This document shows, piece by piece, positions 6,655 through 11,839 of a DNA stretch of 11,839 nucleotides (position 1 is its first letter; every line of letters starts with the position of its first letter). The notes under the pieces are model-generated. The model was not told the DNA's origin. It searched no databases and saw only the letters and a program-made list of their open reading frames with translations. Position numbers and translations under genes: made by a program. This DNA is from Candidatus Jordarchaeales archaeon (GTDB lineage Archaea > Asgardarchaeota > Jordiarchaeia > Jordiarchaeales > Freyrarchaeaceae), in NCBI GenBank assembly GCA_038858525.1, contig JAWCFL010000007.1, forward strand, positions 1 through 11,839, in the 5' to 3' direction.

Positions 6655-8166
6655 ATGAGCTTTGAGAGGATAATCGATTTGATTGTGGAGAAAGCTAGTG
6701 TTTCAAGGGAGGAAGTTCTCAAACTGGTTAAGAGGAAGAAGGAGGAGATGGGGGGGCTCGTAACAGATGAGGGGGCGGCTCTACTCGTAGCCATAGACTT
6801 AGGGGTTGAGGTCCAAAGGAATGAGGAAGAGAAGGTTTTCATAGGTGAGCTCAGCGATGAAATGGATGTTGTCCCAATTGTTGAGGGGAGAGTGAAGTCG
6901 TTTTTGGGAATTAAGAGGTTTGAGAGGGAGGGTGGCGGGGTCGGCGTCATGGCGACCATCGTTATAGTTGACAGGACAGGAGAGGCGAAACTGGTGCTCT
7001 GGGGGGAGCATAGCAAGATCGTTGAAAAAGGCCAGCTCCGCAAGGGTGACGTAGTTAGAGTAGTTAAGGGATATGTTAAGAGAGGAATCTTCGGTGACCT
7101 GGAGCTTCACGTTGGGAAGCTCGGGCGGGTCATCATTAATCCTCCAGACGCCAAGCTGGAGGACTTTCCTGAGGTGGTTGAGGAAGTTTTCCCCTTGAGC
7201 AAGCTTGAACCCGGCATGCCGGACGTGACCGTTGAGGGTGAAGTCGTCGAGGTTGGACCAGCGTCCATATTCGAGAGACCCAACGGCTCGAAGGGGCGAA
7301 TGGCGACCGCTAGAATAACGGATGGCACCATGTCTGTCAGAGTGGTTTTCTGGGATGAACAATCGTCTAGAGGCGCGCAACTGAGAGTTGGAGACAAAGT
7401 TCGTCTGGTTAGTGGGTATACCCGGGAGGGGATGAGGGGAGGCGTCGAGGTTCACATGGGTAGAGCTGGCAGAATTGAAGTGATAAGTAGAAGCGAAAAG
7501 TCCTCAATGGAGACATATACTCCTCTCTCCCAACTGCACCCTGGCATGTCCTCAGTTAATGTTCTCGCCAGAGTTACCGCTAAAACTCCCGTGAGAACTT
7601 TCACCCGGCCACAGGACGGTAAGATTGGAGCAGTCGCAGACCTTTACTTAACTGATGGGACAGGATGGGTACGCATAAGCCTATGGGACAGACACGTGAA
7701 CCTACTATCAAAGGTAAATATCGGTGATCTCTTAAGAGTCAAGAACGCTTACACTCGGGAAGACACCTTCGGGCTCAACCTTAACGCCGGGCGGCGCGCC
7801 ACCATCGACGTTAACCCCCCAGACGTGCCCAAGAACACCATTCCCCCCGTGGAAGAATGCAAAGTCAAGCTGGAAGACATTAAACCATATATGGCGAACA
7901 TATCCCTTGACGTAGTAGTTAAACACGTGGGGGAAGCTAGAGAATTTCAGCGTCAGGACGGCACGACATCCAAGATGGTCACACTGCTCGTGGAAGACGA
8001 AACAGGTGAGGCACCAGCAGTAGCGTGGGGTGAAGCCGCAGTCAAACTCGAGAACGTTCCCCCCAAGGCAAAAATCAACATAAAAGGTTGCTACACTAGG
8101 ATCAACGCTAAGGGAGAAACGGAAATACACATAGGAGAAGGAGCAACAATAAAAATCGAAAAATAA
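6655..8166 (+). CDS. rpa: Replication protein A / ssDNA-binding protein: DUF2240-like N-terminus + four tandem OB folds
   Basis: N-terminal GGLVTDEGAALLVAxDLGV, then four repeats each with an FxRxxG loop, D.TG....(L/F/A)W and GD...V..GY/AY (LWGEH, FWDEQ, LWDRH, AWGEA). No Zn finger is visible. The start is taken as ATG 6655 (TTG 6652 also possible). Confidence 0.88.
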   Translation: MSFERIIDLIVEKASVSREEVLKLVKRKKEEMGGLVTDEGAALLVAIDLGVEVQRNEEEKVFIGELSDEMDVVPIVEGRVKSFLGIKRFEREGGGVGVMATIVIVDRTGEAKLVLWGEHSKIVEKGQLRKGDVVRVVKGYVKRGIFGDLELHVGKLGRVIINPPDAKLEDFPEVVEEVFPLSKLEPGMPDVTVEGEVVEVGPASIFERPNGSKGRMATARITDGTMSVRVVFWDEQSSRGAQLRVGDKVRLVSGYTREGMRGGVEVHMGRAGRIEVISRSEKSSMETYTPLSQLHPGMSSVNVLARVTAKTPVRTFTRPQDGKIGAVADLYLTDGTGWVRISLWDRHVNLLSKVNIGDLLRVKNAYTREDTFGLNLNAGRRATIDVNPPDVPKNTIPPVEECKVKLEDIKPYMANISLDVVVKHVGEAREFQRQDGTTSKMVTLLVEDETGEAPAVAWGEAAVKLENVPPKAKINIKGCYTRINAKGETEIHIGEGATIKIEK

Positions 8167-8284
8167 TAGGTCACCACACCAAAACCCTAAGACGAAACAT
8201 TGACGCCTCATCCCTCTTATGTATTACAAAAACGAACAGCATGAAGATTAGGGAGCCATCTTATACTGAAGAATCCAAAACGGA

Positions 8285-8316
8285 AATACCTTTAAATAAG
8301 AATACCTTTAAATAAG
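8285..8316. repeat. Perfect 16-bp tandem duplication AATACCTTTAAATAAG x2
   Basis: Copies at 8285-8300 and 8301-8316, in the intergenic region between convergent genes. Confidence 0.95.
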
Positions 8317-8361
8317 AAACGCCTTCTTAACCTGAACAGCCTCAAATAAATAAGAGTAGGG

Positions 8362-9159
8362 TCAAGTCTTCGATGAGACTTCCCTTACGCTAGTGTACAC
8401 CTTTACGTTATTCATTTTGGCGTACTCTTCAGCTTTAGGGTGCACGAAAGGAGAAACTATTGCGAGGGAAGGCTTAACCTTCTCCACCATCTCGTAAAGC
8501 CTCGCCTTATCAAGAAGCTTGTCGACATCCTCCTTGCTTATACTAGACTTGATCTCAACCAGAACATGCTCCTTATCCCTAACTAAAACGTCAACCTCAA
8601 TCATGCTAGGCCGCTTAAAAACCACGCACTCCGAATCATAATACTCCCACTTACTCACCTTCAAACCATACCCTTCCATTAAGCCGCGAAGCCCTTCCCT
8701 AAAAGCTTCCTCACTAGCAAAACCCCACCTAGCACCCAAACCACCTAAAATCTCCCCAACCTTCCTCATTTCCTCCTCGAATGAGTCCATGCGCTTGGCC
8801 ATGAGTGCTAGTGCCTCCTCGAATGAGTCCATGCGTCTGGTGGCTTCCTCCCTGAACTTCCTCATTTCCTCCTCGAATGAGTCCATGCGCTTGGCCATGA
8901 GTGCTAGTGCCTCCTCTAAGGCGTCGACGCGCTCAATTAAGCGCTCCGTTGTTTTCTGAAGGGTTTCGGTGTTTCTCCTCGTTTCATCTATGAATGTCGA
9001 TATCTTCTCTGTTAGGAGTCTTATTTCCTTTGTTAGGTCTGCCAGTTCTTCCCTTCTAGGCACTACCTCTGTGATTATCGAAAGTACCTCTTCTCTAAAT
9101 GCTTCATCTTCCTTCAGAAGCCTAAGAAACTCTCTTTTCATATCCTCCCTAGTAGCCAC
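8362..9159 (-). CDS. Coiled-coil protein with C-terminal PD-(D/E)XK nuclease (DUF3782-type)
   Basis: MATRED start, a long heptad/hendecad coiled coil, LGARWGFASEEAFREG neck, and EVDVLV...VLVEIKSS nuclease motif. GTG at 9159 has SD GAGGTGA at 9166-9172 on the minus strand. Confidence 0.9.
   Translation of the reverse strand: MATREDMKREFLRLLKEDEAFREEVLSIITEVVPRREELADLTKEIRLLTEKISTFIDETRRNTETLQKTTERLIERVDALEEALALMAKRMDSFEEEMRKFREEATRRMDSFEEALALMAKRMDSFEEEMRKVGEILGGLGARWGFASEEAFREGLRGLMEGYGLKVSKWEYYDSECVVFKRPSMIEVDVLVRDKEHVLVEIKSSISKEDVDKLLDKARLYEMVEKVKPSLAIVSPFVHPKAEEYAKMNNVKVYTSVREVSSKT
8761..8916 (-). repeat. Intragenic 60-bp perfect direct repeat (period 96 bp) plus a 22-bp core x3
   Basis: 8761-8820 is identical to 8857-8916. 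The core CCTCCTCGAATGAGTCCATGCG (encoding RMDSFEE on the minus strand) occurs at 8772, 8814 and 8868. Confidence 0.95.
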
Positions 9160-9168
9160 GAAAATTCA

Positions 9169-9350
9169 CCTCTTCTAAGGAAATTCTTCATATAGATTAT
9201 ATTTAAACTAAGCGAAAACCGTCATCACACACTTTAAGGAAATCCAGAAAAAGAAACTTTTTCGTTTGCAGCTCAATCCGTAACATTGCAAACCATAGCA
9301 AGCGTGTACTTCCCGTTTCAATTGTTTCGCGGGGATTTCCTAAGAAGAGG
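9169..9350. repeat. 18-bp imperfect inverted repeats flanking the divergent intergenic region
   Basis: The reverse complement of 9169-9186 is GAATTTCCTTAGAAGAGG, versus GGATTTCCTAAGAAGAGG at 9333-9350 (16/18 match). A third core copy TAAGGAAAT lies at 9235-9243. Confidence 0.8.
9200..9207 (-). promoter_or_regulatory. TATA box for the coiled-coil nuclease gene
   Basis: TTTAAATA on the minus strand, 41 nt upstream of GTG 9159, leaving room for an SD-containing leader. Confidence 0.6.
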
Positions 9351-9362
9351 AACGCTTTTAGA
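9347..9362 (+). promoter_or_regulatory. Candidate BRE/TATA for the MtaA-like gene
   Basis: GAGGAACG followed by CTTTTAGA. An SD-like GGGGTGGTGA precedes TTG 9399. Confidence 0.4.
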
Positions 9363-9398
9363 ATCTCGGAGCTTTTTTGTTAGATGAGGGGTGGTGAG

Positions 9399-10448
9399 TT
9401 GAACTCGTATGAGCGTGTCATGTCCGTATTGAAGGGAGGTGGAAAAGTTGATTTTCTGCCTTGCGTTAACTTTTCCTCCACATGCACTAGGGAGTTCATG
9501 GAATACACAGGCGCGTGGTGGCCTGAAGCCCACATGGACCCGGTTAAGATGGCTAGGCTTGGAGCTGCGGCTCATAAGCTTTGCTGCTTAGATAACGTCA
9601 CAGTCCCTTTTGATACGCTAGTCGAGGCGGAGGTTTTCGGCGTCCCCGTTGACTTTCACGAAGGTTACTTAGCGTGGCCGAGTATTAAGCGCCCTCTCCT
9701 AAAGCGTGTTGTTCCACCGATACCTCCGGGAGACGTGGCACGCTCTGGGAGAGTCCCCGTGGTTGCTGAAGCCGTGAGGCTTCTAAAGGAGGAGTTTGAG
9801 GGCGCTGTTCCAGTGAATGTTTTAGTTGTTCCTCCTTTCACAAGCACTAGTTATTACGTTTTTGATCACACATCCTTCATGATGACTCTGGAAAGGGATC
9901 CCGGAGCCGTAAAGGAAGTTTTAGACGAGGTTGTTGACGTTTACGTTGAGATAGTCGACACGTATGTTGATGCTGGAGCAGACGTGATCACATTGTGCGA
10001 GATGGGTGGCTCAGCGAGCACGCTGCCCTCCATGCTGTTTGACGAGCTTGTGGTGCCATACGTTCGAAAGATGGCTGAACGAGCCAACGTTTCGGTTCTG
10101 AGCATCCCAGGCGAGGCACTGCCACTTATGGATAGAGTAACAAAGTGCAATGTGAACGGCGTCGCCATAGACCACAACACCCCAATAAGTGGAGCGAGGA
10201 AAATTCTTGATTACTCGAAGCCGGGCTATCCTCTCATAGGAAACATAGATCCGGTGGAAGTCCTCTACGAAGGACCAGAGGAAAAAATAAGGATCGCCGT
10301 TAAAAAAGCGATAGAAGATGGGGTAAGCATGGTTGCGCCCGGCTCAGACTTCTGGATCGAAACCCCCACGAGACATGTATCCGCAATGGTTGAAGCGACA
10401 AGAACTTTCAGTAGAAGGTCAGAGCACTGTAGTTCCCCGTCCAAGTGA
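9399..10448 (+). CDS. URO-D/MtaA-CmuA superfamily protein (corrinoid methyltransferase-like), lacking canonical Zn ligands
   Basis: WPEAHMDPVKMARL, VPFDTLVEAEVFG, GRVPVVAEAVRLLKEE, GNIDPVEVL and APGSDF match the MtaA/CmuA fold. The start is taken as TTG 9399 (ATG 9384 also possible). Confidence 0.85.
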   Translation: MNSYERVMSVLKGGGKVDFLPCVNFSSTCTREFMEYTGAWWPEAHMDPVKMARLGAAAHKLCCLDNVTVPFDTLVEAEVFGVPVDFHEGYLAWPSIKRPLLKRVVPPIPPGDVARSGRVPVVAEAVRLLKEEFEGAVPVNVLVVPPFTSTSYYVFDHTSFMMTLERDPGAVKEVLDEVVDVYVEIVDTYVDAGADVITLCEMGGSASTLPSMLFDELVVPYVRKMAERANVSVLSIPGEALPLMDRVTKCNVNGVAIDHNTPISGARKILDYSKPGYPLIGNIDPVEVLYEGPEEKIRIAVKKAIEDGVSMVAPGSDFWIETPTRHVSAMVEATRTFSRRSEHCSSPSK

Positions 10449-10492
10449 TAGGATCTCCCCCCTCAACGGGAAAATTTGGAGAGAAGAGGAAA

Positions 10493-11425
10493 TTATAGCT
10501 TATAGATTCTTTTGGCGTTTCCACCCATTATCGCTTCTATCTCTTTTTCCGTGAAGGATATACCTTCAGGGGGCTTTTTCGGAAGGTTCTTCACCATTTC
10601 AACGAAATCCCTGTCAGGCATCGCTGCCCTTAAGTATGGTCCATCTGTTCCGAAAAGCACTCTTGAGACGCCGAACTCATCTATACATCCCCTTAACGCT
10701 TCACAGAAAGTTCTGAAATTGTTGCGTGCAATGAGCTGCCATCCTGAGAAGTCAACCACTAGGTTGGTCTTGGTCGCTCCCATGTGGAAGAGCTCATGTC
10801 TCCACCCGAACCCCATGTGGGCCGCCTGGATAGTTAGCTCGGGGAAGTCGAGAAGCACATCGTCAAGATATATCGGGTTGCAGAACTTGCTCCTAAGAGG
10901 CTGAACTATCTGACCCGTATGGAAGAGCACGGGCACATTGAACTCTCTCGCCACACTCAGCAACTTATAAACGCAGGGATCGTTCGGGTAAAACCCGGAG
11001 GCAGGGTGAAGCTTTAACCCTCTTAACCCTAAATCTTCAAGACCCCACCTAACGATGTCCTCCGCCCCTGGCCTACGCGGGTCAACGCTCACGAACGCAA
11101 TTATCCTCTTCGGGTACTTCTTCTGTATTTCGGCGAAGACCTGGTTCTGCTCCTCTATGGACGTTTTGGGGTCGCCGAGAGCTAAGCCATAGTCGAGGGG
11201 ACATATCACGCTCACATCTATCCCCGCAGCATCCATCTCCCTTATGAGCTTCGATGCATCTGGATCGTAGAAGTTCGGGAAAATCTGCGACTTAACCTGA
11301 TCCACACTCATGGAAACACCCATCTCCTCAAGGGCGTGCACGTATACTTTAGCCAGTTCATCCCACCACTTCCTCGGCATCCACCCTTCATCCACAATAT
11401 GCGTATGCGCATCAACAACCAACAC
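10493..11425 (-). CDS. Amidohydrolase family 2 (PF04909-type) metal-dependent hydrolase/decarboxylase
   Basis: DAHTH, GLKLHP, LFHTG, AHMG and FGTDGPY give a complete metal-ligand set. SD GGAGG lies at 11434-11438 on the minus strand. Confidence 0.92.
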   Translation of the reverse strand: MLVVDAHTHIVDEGWMPRKWWDELAKVYVHALEEMGVSMSVDQVKSQIFPNFYDPDASKLIREMDAAGIDVSVICPLDYGLALGDPKTSIEEQNQVFAEIQKKYPKRIIAFVSVDPRRPGAEDIVRWGLEDLGLRGLKLHPASGFYPNDPCVYKLLSVAREFNVPVLFHTGQIVQPLRSKFCNPIYLDDVLLDFPELTIQAAHMGFGWRHELFHMGATKTNLVVDFSGWQLIARNNFRTFCEALRGCIDEFGVSRVLFGTDGPYLRAAMPDRDFVEMVKNLPKKPPEGISFTEKEIEAIMGGNAKRIYKL

Positions 11426-11440
11426 CCACCATCCCTCCAG

Positions 11441-11475
11441 AACATTTTACACTAAGTTAAATTACTAAAAATGTT
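11441..11475. promoter_or_regulatory. Candidate operator: 8-bp perfect inverted repeat in a divergent promoter region
   Basis: AACATTTT (11441-11448), a 19-nt spacer, then AAAATGTT (11468-11475), in an AT-rich divergent intergenic region. Confidence 0.4.
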
Positions 11476-11529
11476 TAATTATATCCTTTGTCTTAATAAA
11501 ATAGACGGAAAGAAAACGATGGGGGGGTT

Positions 11530-11839
11530 GTGTTGTTTATGGGAAATCCTACTATAATTAAGGCTCAGATTAGTACTTTGAAGAGTGACCCATTGATTTC
11601 GCCTTCTTACGCTAGTTTAATTGTAGACCTAGCTTTGAAGTATATTAAGGAAAACTTCGGTTTTGAGGGCGTTGCGCGCTCGTTAGATGAGCTAGAAGAT
11701 TTTTTGCTTAATAATTGCTGACGATTACCCTGTAGAGGAAGCAGTGGTCTACGGAATCTACAAAGGGGAGAGCATGCTTGCTGGCGCCGTGGGGCCTATA
11801 TGCCGAAGGTTTGGCAAGGAAGCACCTAAAAAATTGGTT
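11530..11839 (+). other. Hypothetical gene running off the window edge; apparent +1 frameshift near 11700-11716, or two small ORFs
   Basis: The frame 1 ORF 11530-11721 (MGNPTIIKAQ...LEDFLLNNC*) is followed by protein-like frame 2 sequence ADDYPVEEAVVYGIYKGESMLAGAVGPICRRFGKEAPKKLV, open from 11696 to the end of the window. Confidence 0.5.

Noticed and set aside
8761-8916. CRISPR-like repeat array
   Set aside because: The repeats are in-frame coding modules (spacings of 42 and 54 nt, both multiples of 3) inside a coiled-coil gene. There are no unique spacers and no cas genes.
9399-10448. Uroporphyrinogen decarboxylase (hemE) or canonical mtaA call
   Set aside because: It lacks both the UROD Arg-rich substrate motif and the HxC...C Zn ligands, so no gene symbol is assigned.
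790-10904. Antisense or overlapping ORFs in the track (e.g. 790-1029, 1793-2071, 3985-4416, 5648-5902, 6627-7043, 6799-7455, 7732-8211, 8969-9178, 10512-10904)
   Set aside because: They are shadows of well-supported genes on the opposite strand, with Ser/Pro/Phe-biased composition and no motifs.

Overview
Archaeal genomic window. Archaeal origin is supported by BRE/TATA promoters, GGAGGTGA ribosome-binding sites, a multi-OB RPA and an AOR-family enzyme. The E/K/V/R-rich proteins suggest a thermophile of the TACK/Bathyarchaeia or Asgard type, but the lineage cannot be fixed from this sequence. From left to right the window holds: a decayed IS607-family element (tnpA and tnpB, each with two frameshifts); a + strand run of LMW phosphatase, membrane-anchored GOLD/p24-like glycoprotein, HEPN-MNT toxin-antitoxin pair and a divergent aldehyde:ferredoxin oxidoreductase; RNase HI, a GYD-domain protein and a DUF2240 + 4xOB RPA; a convergent coiled-coil/PD-(D/E)XK (DUF3782-type) nuclease with an internal 60-bp duplication; a divergent intergenic region bounded by 18-bp inverted repeats; an MtaA/URO-D-family protein lacking all three canonical Zn ligands; an amidohydrolase-2; and a frameshifted or truncated hypothetical gene at the right edge. 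No CRISPR array, tRNA or rRNA was seen. The strongest leads are the ligand-substituted MtaA-like and AOR enzymes, the inverted-repeat-bounded promoter segment (regulator sites or invertible switch), the repeat-expanded coiled-coil nuclease and the GOLD-like surface protein. All motif comparisons come from recalled family consensus, not from database searches.
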